Source: Sulfolobales archaeon (lineage in GTDB: Archaea > Thermoproteota > Thermoprotei_A > Sulfolobales > AG1). From it: a stretch of DNA of 64,000 bases. Positions 20,166-30,056 of this stretch are shown here, piece by piece. The stretch's first letter is position 1. Every line of letters begins with the position of its first letter. Both the position numbers and the translations under genes were made by a program. The stretch lies in the NCBI GenBank assembly GCA_038867615.1, contig JAWBYA010000002.1, positions 1 through 64,000 on the forward strand, in the 5' to 3' direction. The notes below the pieces were generated by a model, which saw only the letters and a program-made list of their open reading frames with translations, searched no databases and was not told where the DNA came from.

Positions 20166-20230
20166 AGCATATTTAGAATCATCTGAGGAATAGATAACCT
20201 CCTAGAGGTACTTTTGTTTAGGAGATTCTG

Positions 20231-21187
20231 TTGAGGAGCATAGATACTAGTGAGGTGTGGAGGGTCTTAGGCGCTACGGAGGCTGCTGCAAGCATCCTAA
20301 AGGGGTTTCTTGAGGATGTGAGATCCTCTAGAAGCTGGGGAGATATCCTGAGCGCTTTCGACAAGCTTTATCAGGCATGTGTTAAGAGACCCTACTCAGC
20401 TCTTCTGATAAACACGGCGAGGGATATATTCTCGAGGTTCTTGGAAGAGGCTCCAAGAGATCCTGGGGAGGCCTCTAGAATCATAGAACCCATCGTCTCC
20501 AGGGTCTTTGATAACGTGAGGATCATGACGGAACAGGCTTCGCTGATAGCCTCGAAAAGGATCTCTAATAACGAGACAATATTCACGCTATCATTTAGCG
20601 GGACTGTCCTTAGAACTGTTGAGAATGTTTTGAGGAGAGGCGATAGCTTGAGGATCATTGTCCCGGAATCGAGACCATTTGGAGAGGGGGTTGAGATGGC
20701 TAAGGCTCTGAAGAGGCTGGGAGCCGATGTGGTGCTGATCGTTGACTCAGCTATTAGGAGTTTTATCAGGAGAGCCTCTAGAGTGGTTATAGGGGCTGAG
20801 GCGATCTCTTCCAACGGTGCTGTTATAAACAAGATCGGTACGGCTATACTTGCACTCACAGCTAAAGAGGCTAGGATAAGAGTCTTCGTCGTTGCTGGAA
20901 GCTATAAGATCATGCCTGAAACGGTTTTCGGCGAGTTAATAGGCTCGCCAGAGATAGGTTTGCCCGACATACCAGGGGATCTATTATCCCTCGGCGTCTC
21001 ATCAAGCTTCCCCCTATTCGAGGCCGTGCCTCCTGAGTATATAGATGCCATTATAACTGAGAAGGGTCTTATCTCGCCAGCAGCAATCCCCTATATAGTT
21101 AGGGATGTATTCGGATCCTGGCCCCCGTCTGTGAAGAGGATAGATGAGCTCTATGGCGAGATAAGAAGAACTATAGGGGGGCTGTAG
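20231..21187 (+). CDS. aIF-2B/ribose-1,5-bisphosphate isomerase family paralog with degenerate catalytic motifs
   Basis: ESRPFGEG, VINKIGT, IDAIITEKG; TLSFS and GAEA stand in place of THCxS and GADA. Confidence 0.85.
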   Translation: MRSIDTSEVWRVLGATEAAASILKGFLEDVRSSRSWGDILSAFDKLYQACVKRPYSALLINTARDIFSRFLEEAPRDPGEASRIIEPIVSRVFDNVRIMTEQASLIASKRISNNETIFTLSFSGTVLRTVENVLRRGDSLRIIVPESRPFGEGVEMAKALKRLGADVVLIVDSAIRSFIRRASRVVIGAEAISSNGAVINKIGTAILALTAKEARIRVFVVAGSYKIMPETVFGELIGSPEIGLPDIPGDLLSLGVSSSFPLFEAVPPEYIDAIITEKGLISPAAIPYIVRDVFGSWPPSVKRIDELYGEIRRTIGGL

Positions 21188-21188
21188 A

Positions 21189-22154
21189 GTGACCAGGATA
21201 CCGGGTGAGGTGCTAAGGATAGCTGATGATATTAGGAGTATGAGGATAAGGGGGGCTGGCAGGATAGCGAGAGCTGCTGCCGAAGCCCTCATGATAGCTG
21301 CGACCAACTATAGAGGTGAAGATCTTGGCGATTTTACCCGCTATATGGAGGATATATCAAGACTGCTCCTATCCACAAGACCTACTGCTGTCTCGCTACC
21401 CAATGCCGTCTCGTATGTTATGAAACAGCTTAGAAAAGACTATAAAGAGGTTGAGGATGCTAGAGCAGCTGTGATCAGTGCTGCGAGGAGCTTTATAGAG
21501 CACTCTAAGAGAGCTGTTGAGGCTATAAGCATCATCGGCTCTAGAATGATAAAAGGTGGCGAGACTATAGTGACGCACTGCAACTCATCAGCCGTCACAG
21601 GGATTCTCACCAAAGCCTGGAGCGATGGGAAAATGTTCAGAGTATATGCTACAGAGACCAGGCCGAGGTTCCAGGGATATATTACTGCGAGGGATCTCGC
21701 ATCAAAAGGGATCCCTGTGACACTCATACCAGACTCTGCAGCAGTCTATGCTATGAGGAGAGCCGATCTCGTGATCGTTGGTGCCGACGCTATAAGCTCC
21801 AACGGAGCTCTGGTAAACAAAATCGGAACCTCACAGATAGCATTAGCAGCAAAAGCACATAGTGTCCCCTTCTATGTGGCTGCCGAGACGTATAAATTCT
21901 CTCCATACACACTCATCGGAGAGCCCATTGAGATCGAAGAAAGAGAGGCTGAGGAGGTAATACATCCCGTTCCACAAGGGGTTGAGGTTAGAAACCCCGT
22001 CTTCGATGCCACTCCAGCTGAATATATAGATGCCATAATAACTGAGATAGGGGTCATCAGCCCCGAGATGGCTATCATCATAATAACAGACTATCTAGGT
22101 CATAGTGTTAGTGTTGATATGCTAAGGAGTTTAGAGGATAGCGAACCTCTATAA
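21189..22154 (+). CDS. Ribose-1,5-bisphosphate isomerase (e2b2 family)
   Basis: IRSMRIRGAGRIA, RPTAVSLPNA, THCNS, ETRPRFQG, GADA, NKIGT, NPVFDATP. Confidence 0.88.
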   Translation: MTRIPGEVLRIADDIRSMRIRGAGRIARAAAEALMIAATNYRGEDLGDFTRYMEDISRLLLSTRPTAVSLPNAVSYVMKQLRKDYKEVEDARAAVISAARSFIEHSKRAVEAISIIGSRMIKGGETIVTHCNSSAVTGILTKAWSDGKMFRVYATETRPRFQGYITARDLASKGIPVTLIPDSAAVYAMRRADLVIVGADAISSNGALVNKIGTSQIALAAKAHSVPFYVAAETYKFSPYTLIGEPIEIEEREAEEVIHPVPQGVEVRNPVFDATPAEYIDAIITEIGVISPEMAIIIITDYLGHSVSVDMLRSLEDSEPL

Positions 22155-22274
22155 AGTCTCTCCCTTACTAATCATCATGCCTCCTGAAATCATTGTGTTT
22201 CTTATAATCTTAGATTTAATGTTTCAACTACACCTCGGGAAGATCTATCAATATATGATTGGTGTAGCTTCCAA

Positions 22275-22630
22275 CTATAAATAGATCCTCCTAACGACCC
22301 TGATAGATATAGTAACGATATACCAAGTACGGAAAACCGCTCCCCTAATATTGATAAACTCTGCCCTAGGTTCGGGTTTCATAGCGGTTTTCTCTATCAA
22401 CAGCTCTCCCCATGGCTTCAATAGCTCCATAGGCCTCCACCCATCCATAGAAACTCCAACCCACAGCCCCCTATCATGACTCTGCCCAATACTATGGAGA
22501 AACCCCCACATCCCGGCTCAACCGTAAACTAAATAGAGCTTATACTATGTTCCCACAACACTATAGGTTTAACATCAACCCTCTATAAACCCTCATGAAT
22601 TTCGAAACAGCCGGCTACAGCTAAGCTCAA
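22275..22630 (-). pseudogene. Possible badly decayed IS200/IS605-type tnpB remnant
   Basis: Broken frames in an otherwise gene-free gap; DVKPIVLWEHSISS loosely recalls the TnpB G.PV..V.E..TSS motif. Weak evidence. Confidence 0.2.
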
Positions 22631-22774
22631 CAACTATTCGTAAATCTAAGGGGATAAGGATCTCTATCAGCTAGGTAAGGATCCCCGACACTAGGGTGCG
22701 GCGACAAAGCGGGATAAAGGGATAGAGAGTCTTATAAACCCTATTACGCTCAATAACTGGGGAGCTCTATAGAG

Positions 22775-23065
22775 TTGATAAAGCTTCAAGCTGACTATGT
22801 ATGGCAGCTTTTCATATTACTATTTATAATGTTCCTCATAATGTCCATGCTCAGCAATGTTCTCCAACAGAGGGAGAGAAAGCCTAGAGAGAAGATTGTG
22901 GTTTACACGGTGCTTGCCTGCATTAACAATGACTACGAGGAGAGGAGAGAGTTCATCCCAGGCGACTATGTTGGGAAGATTGTGAAGGATAAGAGGTGCC
23001 CTAAGGATAATTCCGAGCTTAGAATCAAGGCTATATATGCTGAGAAACAGCAGATAGGAAAATGA
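22775..23065 (+). CDS. Small membrane-anchored hypothetical protein with a degenerate Zn-ribbon
   Basis: N-terminal TM helix; C...REFIPGDYVGK...CPKD...IKAIY. Confidence 0.75.
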   Translation: MIKLQADYVWQLFILLFIMFLIMSMLSNVLQQRERKPREKIVVYTVLACINNDYEERREFIPGDYVGKIVKDKRCPKDNSELRIKAIYAEKQQIGK

Positions 23066-23089
23066 TCTTTGAGAACTGGGTAGTGATAG

Positions 23090-23584
23090 CTATAGCTTGT
23101 TAAGGTTGTTCAAAAGATCCTCGATATATCTCGATACATATGCTAGATATGCTTCTAAATCCCTCAGGGCTGTCTCCATAAAATGTTTGCCCGAGCCACT
23201 GTATCTCCTCAGATCCTCTTTGAGCGCGCTTAGCGTGGTATACATGACCTCCAGGTGTGGCTGTATATATATGCAGAGCCTAACTCCTGGGGGCGATGAG
23301 AAGATCTTGGTCTTCATAACCGATAAAACCCCTTCGAGGGTTTTCACCGCATCCTCCGGGGCTAGTGATGCGACGTTCCTTACTCTTGATATTTGTTGAG
23401 CTATCTCAGCTAGATCTTTCGAGTATCTCCTGAGATCCTCTGTTAGTTCTCCAAGGATCTTCTCTGCTTTCTCAACCTCGCCCTTAGATATATATTCCCT
23501 CAACATATAGATCGGTTTAAAACACCCAAGCCTGGCTATTGTATCAAGCCTAGGGCTTAGGGTTTTTTCGCTCTCCATAAGCAT
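23090..23584 (-). CDS. Hypothetical alpha-helical protein
   Basis: Starts 3 nt after the rnhB stop; coding-like composition. Confidence 0.7.
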   Translation of the reverse strand: MLMESEKTLSPRLDTIARLGCFKPIYMLREYISKGEVEKAEKILGELTEDLRRYSKDLAEIAQQISRVRNVASLAPEDAVKTLEGVLSVMKTKIFSSPPGVRLCIYIQPHLEVMYTTLSALKEDLRRYSGSGKHFMETALRDLEAYLAYVSRYIEDLLNNLNKL

Positions 23585-23587
23585 ACC

Positions 23588-24256
23588 TCAACCATTATTA
23601 ATATATCTATCAAGGGTATTAGCGTACCTCTCTAGCCTTCTCACAGTAGCCCATTTATGTCTAATAAATGGAGACTTTGTTAGCTTCACCATATCTTCAG
23701 AAACAGTGCTAGAGATCCAAGCCTTTGTCTTGGGATCCGAGGGGTATCCGGATCCGAAATCACCTATAGCCCTTCTCAAACCCTCTACATGCCAGTCCCT
23801 GAGAACCTTGGCTATGATGCTCGCAGCAGCCACCACAGTATACTTACTATCGGCTCCATGCTCAGCCACTATATCACTACAAATACCCTTTAGCCTTGAT
23901 ATGTGCTTCTCTGTGGTGAAGAGGTCTATATATGTCTTGGGACACTGGTTATGAATCCTGACCACAGACTCCAAGATCCTCTCTATCGCCTCAACCTCGA
24001 TCTCGTTGACGTTACCCCTATCTATATCTATAGGAGAAATCATGATCGCTATTACGCTTGATGCCCTTTCGATAATATCTCCCAAGAGCTTTTCTCTCCT
24101 AGACCTCGTAAGCCTCTTACTATCCCTAACCCCCAAGCCAGCAAGATCTTCAAGCCATCTCTCCTCAATAGCAAGCCCCACTATCACCATGGAGCCTATC
24201 AATGGACCCCTACCAGCCTCATCCACTCCCAGCAGGATCCCTGTATCCCTCTTCAC
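23588..24256 (-). CDS. rnhB: Ribonuclease HII
   Basis: GVDEAGRGP, DSKRL, AAASIIAKVLRD, GSGYPSDP. Confidence 0.96.
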   Translation of the reverse strand: MKRDTGILLGVDEAGRGPLIGSMVIVGLAIEERWLEDLAGLGVRDSKRLTRSRREKLLGDIIERASSVIAIMISPIDIDRGNVNEIEVEAIERILESVVRIHNQCPKTYIDLFTTEKHISRLKGICSDIVAEHGADSKYTVVAAASIIAKVLRDWHVEGLRRAIGDFGSGYPSDPKTKAWISSTVSEDMVKLTKSPFIRHKWATVRRLERYANTLDRYINNG

Positions 24257-24311
24257 AACATCTACCCGGATTTATAAATTCTCTAAGAGATTTTTTAAGG
24301 GGTATTTATAG

Positions 24312-24920
24312 GTGATAACTCCTAAGCCTGAGACGAGGATTGAAAATATAGTTGCTACCGTTATCTTTGAACATCAACTAGATCTAGATATGATCGAGCA
24401 GGGAGTACCAAACATAGAGTACAACCCTGACCAGTTCCCCGGATTAATACTAAGACTCGATAGCCCGAAGGTAACAGCCCTTATATTTAGATCTGGGAAA
24501 ATGGTTGTGACAGGTGCTAAGAGAACCGCGGATCTTATAAAGGCTGTTAAGAAGATACTAAGGATGTTTGTTAAAAGCGGTGTCACGATAACAGGGAAAC
24601 CGAAGATCCAGATACAGAATATAGTGGCATCAGCAAACCTCGGGATGGAGGTTCTTCTAGAAAAGGCAGCATATCTCTTAGAAAACACTATGTACGAGCC
24701 AGAACAGTTCCCCGGATTAATACTAAGACTCACAGAACCCCGGGTAGTTCTCCTCATCTTCTCCTCAGGCAAGATGGTTATAACAGGTGCTAAGAGCGAG
24801 GAAGAGGTTGAGAAGGCTGTTAACCACACATACAACACGCTTGTTGAGCTCAACTGCCTCAAGAAGAGCGAAAAGAGCGAAGAGGATGTTGAGAAGGAGA
24901 TAACGCTAGACGAGATCTAG
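24312..24920 (+). CDS. tbp: TATA-box binding protein
   Basis: Two NIVA...[11 protein letters not shown]...LIF.SGKMV.TGAK repeats and an acidic tail. Confidence 0.98.
   Translation: MITPKPETRIENIVATVIFEHQLDLDMIEQGVPNIEYNPDQFPGLILRLDSPKVTALIFRSGKMVVTGAKRTADLIKAVKKILRMFVKSGVTITGKPKIQIQNIVASANLGMEVLLEKAAYLLENTMYEPEQFPGLILRLTEPRVVLLIFSSGKMVITGAKSEEEVEKAVNHTYNTLVELNCLKKSEKSEEDVEKEITLDEI
24432..24731 (+). repeat. Identical 27-nt blocks in the two TBP repeats (24432..24458 and 24705..24731)
   Basis: cagttccccggattaatactaagactc occurs twice, 273 nt apart; acaggtgctaagag also occurs at 24510 and 24783. Confidence 0.93.
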
Positions 24921-24932
24921 AGAAGTGCTGGG

Positions 24933-25376
24933 TTGAAGATAGACAGCTTTATAGAGGCGATGTATGGAATCCTTAACAACCCAGAGGATCTTTTAACAGC
25001 TTTTGAAGAGGCTAAACATCTGGGGATGAACCATCTATACCTGCTTATGAGGAGAGAGGATTTCAAGCTAGCCATGATCATTCACATGAACCCTTTCAGC
25101 GAGGAGCTAGTAAGCATAGTATTCATGATCCCCCTCGGATGCGGAGCAGAACAACCAAGCATGGAGCAGGTTAACAGGTTAGCAATAAGCCTCAGAGGTG
25201 CTGTGATGGCCTATGGCGAGTGCTCATCAATCCTTGTAGGGTATGATGGTAGTAGCGGGATAGGCGAGTTCCTTGACACGATCTCCCAAGCGGTGCTGGG
25301 TAGAAAAGCTAGCGGGAGGTTTGATGTTGAGCACTACTCATACGATCTATTAACAATATACACAGAAAATCCATGA
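24933..25376 (+). CDS. Hypothetical protein
   Basis: ORF directly after tbp with a TTG start. Confidence 0.65.
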   Translation: MKIDSFIEAMYGILNNPEDLLTAFEEAKHLGMNHLYLLMRREDFKLAMIIHMNPFSEELVSIVFMIPLGCGAEQPSMEQVNRLAISLRGAVMAYGECSSILVGYDGSSGIGEFLDTISQAVLGRKASGRFDVEHYSYDLLTIYTENP

Positions 25377-25430
25377 CCACAAGATCCTAGTGAGATATTC
25401 TTATAAGAACCCATGCCATATGGATAAGAG

Positions 25431-25643
25431 GTGGAGAAACTGCAGAGACTCGCGACACCCGTTATCATAGATTCGAGCACGCCCCCTATATGCACAAGCT
25501 GTAAGAGGTTCGTAACACCATATGAGAAAGGAGTCTCGTTCCCATGCCCTAACTGTGGAAAAACAGTTATATGGAGATGCTATAGATGCAGAGCACAGGG
25601 GATACCGTATAAATGCCCTAACTGCTGGTTCGAAGGACCATGA
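25431..25643 (+). CDS. Small zinc-finger protein (DUF1610/HVO_2753-like)
   Basis: CTSC...FPCPNCG...RCYRCR...YKCPNCWFEGP; typical position just upstream of aEF-1beta. Confidence 0.9.
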   Translation: MEKLQRLATPVIIDSSTPPICTSCKRFVTPYEKGVSFPCPNCGKTVIWRCYRCRAQGIPYKCPNCWFEGP

Positions 25644-25652
25644 GGTGGGTTT

Positions 25653-25925
25653 ATGGCTGATGTAGTTGCAATAGTCAAGATATACCCCTCAGAAGATGTG
25701 GGCGATATAGAGAACCTTATCTTAAGGATCTCTGAATCCCTTCCAAACACGTATAGAATAATAGCCAACGAAACAATAGAAATAGCCTATGGATATAAAG
25801 CCTTACTCCTACATATAAGATTCCCAGAAAACACGGAGGGAGGCACAGAAGAACTGGAATCAAAGATCCTGAGCGTTACTGGGGTTAGCAGTGTCGAGAT
25901 CGAGGCTGTGTCAAGAGTATTATAA
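25653..25925 (+). CDS. ef1b: Elongation factor 1-beta
   Basis: MADV...KIYP...IAYGYKAL...EGGTEELE...GVSSVE. Confidence 0.92.
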   Translation: MADVVAIVKIYPSEDVGDIENLILRISESLPNTYRIIANETIEIAYGYKALLLHIRFPENTEGGTEELESKILSVTGVSSVEIEAVSRVL

Positions 25926-25991
25926 TAAATGATCCTAGCACGGTTTTTCAAAAACATAATAGATAAAAACAAAAAAACCGAGCTCTGTACT

Positions 25992-26612
25992 CTATGTCGT
26001 TACAAAGTAAGGCTCTGTTACAGCATCTGAAGAGACCAGGATAATCCACATACCGCTTATACCGTGACCGGGTACTCCACAGGCTATCCAGTAAACGCCC
26101 TTCTGGATAGATGAAGCTTCCATCACAGTTGTCTCATCAGGGCCTATACCTTCCTTGAACCCCGATACGCCGAGCTTTCCATCAGGCGCCCACACAACAA
26201 GCTTTCCATCCTTAGTAAGATCCGCGTTCTTGGGCGTGGGTGTGTTATTCGCCACTATCCCAACGCTGTGCGGAAGACCGCTGGGATCTTTGTTAACATA
26301 CTTGATCACGAGGTTCCATCCAGCAGGGATATATATTACTAGCTTACCCTTAGTACTTCCGTTAAAATCATAGTTAGCGGTCCTGGTATCTAGTGTAACA
26401 TATACAGTTTTACTCGATGCATCGTAAGGCAGCTTATTCCCTGTAGGTGCTGGCGAAGGTGTGGTTGCTGGTGCTGTTGCAGGGGGTGTGGTTGCTGGTG
26501 CTGGTTTTGACGCTATCTGCTGATAGTAGAGATAGATTATAGCTACTGCTAAAACGATCACGACTATAGCGATGACAGCTGTTGTAGCACTCACAGCCCT
26601 TCCCAGCTTCAC
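25992..26612 (-). CDS. Sulfocyanin-like membrane-anchored blue copper protein
   Basis: TM anchor, Pro/Ala/Thr linker, FNG...IYIPAGW, LPHS and YWIACGVPGHGISGMW (His/Cys/His/Met type-1 Cu ligands). Confidence 0.88.
   Translation of the reverse strand: MKLGRAVSATTAVIAIVVIVLAVAIIYLYYQQIASKPAPATTPPATAPATTPSPAPTGNKLPYDASSKTVYVTLDTRTANYDFNGSTKGKLVIYIPAGWNLVIKYVNKDPSGLPHSVGIVANNTPTPKNADLTKDGKLVVWAPDGKLGVSGFKEGIGPDETTVMEASSIQKGVYWIACGVPGHGISGMWIILVSSDAVTEPYFVTT
26458..26503. repeat. 19-nt direct repeat with period 27, encoding the APATTP linker
   Basis: ggtgtggttgctggtgctg at 26458 and 26485. Confidence 0.8.
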
Positions 26613-27252
26613 ATTTTACACCTTTATGTATATTAGCTAGGCGGTATAAATACCGAGATGCTAATATGTTAGGTGGGTATTAGTTATAACAGTATATCCA
26701 TAATATTACAATAAAAACAGAGAGTGCGCTTTTAACCTGCCATAGCGGGCTGTGTCTGTTTCTATGAAGGTTTATAGCGATTTGTATCGATCCTCCCATA
26801 GATCCCCATTATTTATATCCTATAGATATGATGATAAGCTTAAACCAAGTTATAGCAAAGCCTGCTCACAATGTAGGTACTCAATAAAACATAAAATAGG
26901 CTGAATATAGAGCAAAATGCGATTCAAGGATCACCCAGAGCATAGAGATGTCGAGCAGGCAAAGAGACGTTTACAAGCCTGATCGCTATGGTTATGCTAT
27001 GAATCGGCCCCAGTATTGTTGCTAGATAGCTTGGAATATTATTTCCATTTCTATCCAGAAACGATCTCCCAGTAGATTGGAAAACTATTTGTTGGGCTAA
27101 CAATAACCCATAAGCACGCCAGCATCTCCGTCTCGCTCTCATAGATCCAGAGATCCCTGGGAAAAAATATAAGAAACAATCGATGGATATCAAGGGCAAA
27201 TGGGTTCTAATATTAAAGCCCTCTGTAGGTATATAATCGATATGGAGCGATA

Positions 27253-27825
27253 ATGCAGGCTGAGCTATATATAGAGGCAATCAGGGCTGCGAGGAGGCTT
27301 GCCCCGGTAAGCGTAGCTGTGCTTAGAAGCATTGGTAAAACTCCTTTTACCGATGTTGAGCTTATCAGGGGATCCGAGGTCGAGATCCCGAGATGGGCTG
27401 CTGAGGTTCTTGAGAAAATGGGTTATGTTGAGGTTAAGAGAGAGGTGGGGAGCTCGAGCGATGTTAATAGGATCAGGTTCGCCGAGGAGGATCATGCTAG
27501 GAGGGGTGGTTTATCCATATCAAAGATCCCTGGGGATTTCTACATAGAGGTTGGCCGTATTATTAGGGAGCTTAGTGAGAAGATCAAGAAGGGAGGGTCT
27601 CCCAGCGATATTGTCGAGCTTGATAGAATAACAAGAGCCCTTGATAGGATCGTCTCTATAAGGCTCCAGAAGATCCTGATGGCATCTATACTCCACAGCG
27701 AGAGATCCGGGGATTTCGAGAAGAATCTAAGCTTTGAGGAAAAAACACTCTATAGGATCATAGATAGCGATGTGAAACACTGGCTGAGAACCGTTTTAGG
27801 TGAGAGCTATGGAAGCGTCAGCTGA
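27253..27825 (+). CDS. gins23: GINS complex subunit Gins23
   Basis: EIPRWAAEVL, IPGDFY, RLQKI, NLSFEEK; directly upstream of mcm. Confidence 0.87.
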   Translation: MQAELYIEAIRAARRLAPVSVAVLRSIGKTPFTDVELIRGSEVEIPRWAAEVLEKMGYVEVKREVGSSSDVNRIRFAEEDHARRGGLSISKIPGDFYIEVGRIIRELSEKIKKGGSPSDIVELDRITRALDRIVSIRLQKILMASILHSERSGDFEKNLSFEEKTLYRIIDSDVKHWLRTVLGESYGSVS

Positions 27826-29881
27826 TCTTAGAGAGGCTAGGGAAGATCTGCTAGGAAGGGTTTTGGAATTCATAGAGAGTGTGAGGGATAAGGATGGGAG
27901 TATAAAATACAGGGCTAGGGTTAGAGAGGCAATAGCAAGCGGCTCTAGAAGCGTTGTTATCGACTATATAGATATGATTAACTTTGACGATGAGCTGGCT
28001 AGAAACGTTATAGAGAACCCAGAAGAACTGATCAAAGTATTCTCCGAGGCTCTAACAAACATCGCCAGGACAGAGTATATATTGTTCCAAGGATCCCTCA
28101 GCCCTAGATTCAGAGGAATCCCTCAAACCATAGCGATCAGAGAGCTTAGGAACGAGCATATAGGAAAGCTCGTCCAGGTGAGCGGTATAGTTGTGAAAAT
28201 GACACCGCCCAAGCAGAGAATGATCAAGGCTATGTGGCAACACATAAGCCCCGAATGCGGCGAGAAATTCGACCAAGAAGTCAAATCCGACACCATCGAA
28301 AGACCCCCATACTGCCGCAGATGCGGGCTATCCTCAGGGATCTTCAAACTACTTGAGAACGAGAGCCTCTACACAGACCACCAGAGGATCTCTATAGGAG
28401 AGATGCCTGAAGAAGTTCCTTCTGGGCAGATGCCACGGCAAGCACAGGTGATTCTCGAGGGGGATCTTGTGGATCGTGTGAGACCAGGTGATAAGGTGCA
28501 GGTTGTCGGCATTGTAAGGCTTAGCAGTGTTGGGAGCTCCTCCAGGAGATCCAGGGCTGTATATGAGATAGAGATCTATGGGAATAATATTGAGACTAGA
28601 GACAAGGGTGTGGAGGAGATAGAGCTCTCTGAGGAGGATATAGATGAGATCAGAAAGCTTGCTAAAGATCCGATGATAACCAGGAAGATCATTGCAAGCA
28701 TAGCTCCCGCAATATATGGTCACTGGGATGTTAAAGAGGCAATAGCCCTCCTACTCTTCGGAGGCGTCCCCAAGCATAGGAGCGATGGTACAAAGATAAG
28801 GGGTGATGTGCATGTGCTCATAATAGGAGACCCTGGTACAGCTAAATCCCAGCTCCTCCAATTCGCTTCTAAGATAGCACCCAGGGGTATATATACCACA
28901 GGCAAAGGATCCACAGCTGCAGGGCTTACAGCTGCTGTTGTTAGGGATAAGAATACCGGCGAGTATTACCTCGAAGCCGGTGCCATGGTGCTCGGCGATA
29001 TGGGTGTTGTGTGTATAGATGAGATTGATAAGATGAGGGAGGATGATAGGACAGCTATACATGAGGCGCTCGAGCAACAAACAGTATCTATCTCTAAAGC
29101 AGGGATCCATGCTACCCTCAATGCAAGGGCCTCGGTACTTGCGGCTGGGAACCCTAGATATGGTAGATATATAGATGACAGGCCTTTAATAGATAACATA
29201 AACCTCCCAGTAACGATACTCTCAAGATTCGATCTCATATTCGTTCTCAAAGACCAGCCCTCGTTAGAGGAGGATAGACAGCTGGCTGAACATATAACCA
29301 GTGCACACACATCATTTGAGGATGTAAAGGCCCCAATAGACCCTGGGCTTCTCAGAAAATACATAATATATGCAAGGAGGAATGTTAAGCCCAAGCTAAG
29401 CGAGGAGGCGAGGAAAATGATAGCCGACTTCTTCGTCGAGATGAGGAGAGCTGCTGCAGAGAACAAGGAAGCACCTATAGCTATAACAGCAAGGCAGCTC
29501 GAAGCACTAATAAGATTGACAGAGGCCCACGCAAGAATGAGGCTGAGCAGCATCGCTACAGAAGAGGATGCCGCAGAGGCTATAAGGCTTATGAGAACAA
29601 TGCTGGAGAGCGTTGGGATAGATATTGAGAGCGGCTCCCTAGACATAGACACCATAATGACTGGAAAACCCAAGAGCAGGAGGGAGAAGATGTTATTGAT
29701 AGAAGACATAATAAAGGATCTCTCCGGCAAAAGCCAGACAGGTTGTGCAAACGTCAAGGAGATACTAAGCAGGGCTAAGGAACACGGGATAGAGGAGGAG
29801 ATCGCGGAGAAAATGCTCTCACAGCTACTCAAAGAAGGAATCCTCTACGAGAAAGCCCCTGGGTGCTATAGAAAAGCCTAA
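27800..29881 (+). CDS. mcm: Replicative helicase MCM
   Basis: GDPGTAKSQ, GLTAAV, IDEIDKM, SRFD, ITARQLE; no intein. Confidence 0.98.
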   Translation: MRAMEASADLREAREDLLGRVLEFIESVRDKDGSIKYRARVREAIASGSRSVVIDYIDMINFDDELARNVIENPEELIKVFSEALTNIARTEYILFQGSLSPRFRGIPQTIAIRELRNEHIGKLVQVSGIVVKMTPPKQRMIKAMWQHISPECGEKFDQEVKSDTIERPPYCRRCGLSSGIFKLLENESLYTDHQRISIGEMPEEVPSGQMPRQAQVILEGDLVDRVRPGDKVQVVGIVRLSSVGSSSRRSRAVYEIEIYGNNIETRDKGVEEIELSEEDIDEIRKLAKDPMITRKIIASIAPAIYGHWDVKEAIALLLFGGVPKHRSDGTKIRGDVHVLIIGDPGTAKSQLLQFASKIAPRGIYTTGKGSTAAGLTAAVVRDKNTGEYYLEAGAMVLGDMGVVCIDEIDKMREDDRTAIHEALEQQTVSISKAGIHATLNARASVLAAGNPRYGRYIDDRPLIDNINLPVTILSRFDLIFVLKDQPSLEEDRQLAEHITSAHTSFEDVKAPIDPGLLRKYIIYARRNVKPKLSEEARKMIADFFVEMRRAAAENKEAPIAITARQLEALIRLTEAHARMRLSSIATEEDAAEAIRLMRTMLESVGIDIESGSLDIDTIMTGKPKSRREKMLLIEDIIKDLSGKSQTGCANVKEILSRAKEHGIEEEIAEKMLSQLLKEGILYEKAPGCYRKA

Positions 29882-29968
29882 GCATATTAATATCGTAACC
29901 GTTTGTCGTACTCAGAAAAAATACATAAGCATGGCTAACCCAATCCCAGATATTCCAGAAACATATAC

Positions 29969-29981
29969 AAAAACTTATTAA
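29969..29981 (+). promoter_or_regulatory. BRE/TATA promoter for the putative sRNA
   Basis: AAAAAC-TTATTAA about 20-25 nt before the C box. Confidence 0.5.
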
Positions 29982-30000
29982 TACACTACAGAACTATTAT

Positions 30001-30056
30001 CTTGATGAGCTGGGTTTTAAGTCCTGACATATGATGAAAAACCCACGCGGCGAATC
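30001..30056 (+). ncRNA. Box C/D-like small RNA
   Basis: C box TTGATGA (30002), D' CTGA (30024), C' ATGATGA (30031), degenerate D box GCGA (30050); intergenic, with an upstream TATA. Confidence 0.6.

Noticed and set aside
26613-27252. 640-bp AT-rich gap before gins-mcm as a replication origin
   Set aside because: I could not find repeated ORB-like motifs with G-strings, and no cdc6 is adjacent.
28966-29832. Long antisense ORFs (288 aa opposite mcm, and similar ones opposite pheT, tbp and the rpo genes)
   Set aside because: These are Ser/Ile/Leu-rich shadow frames caused by the codon bias of the real genes; no recognisable motifs.
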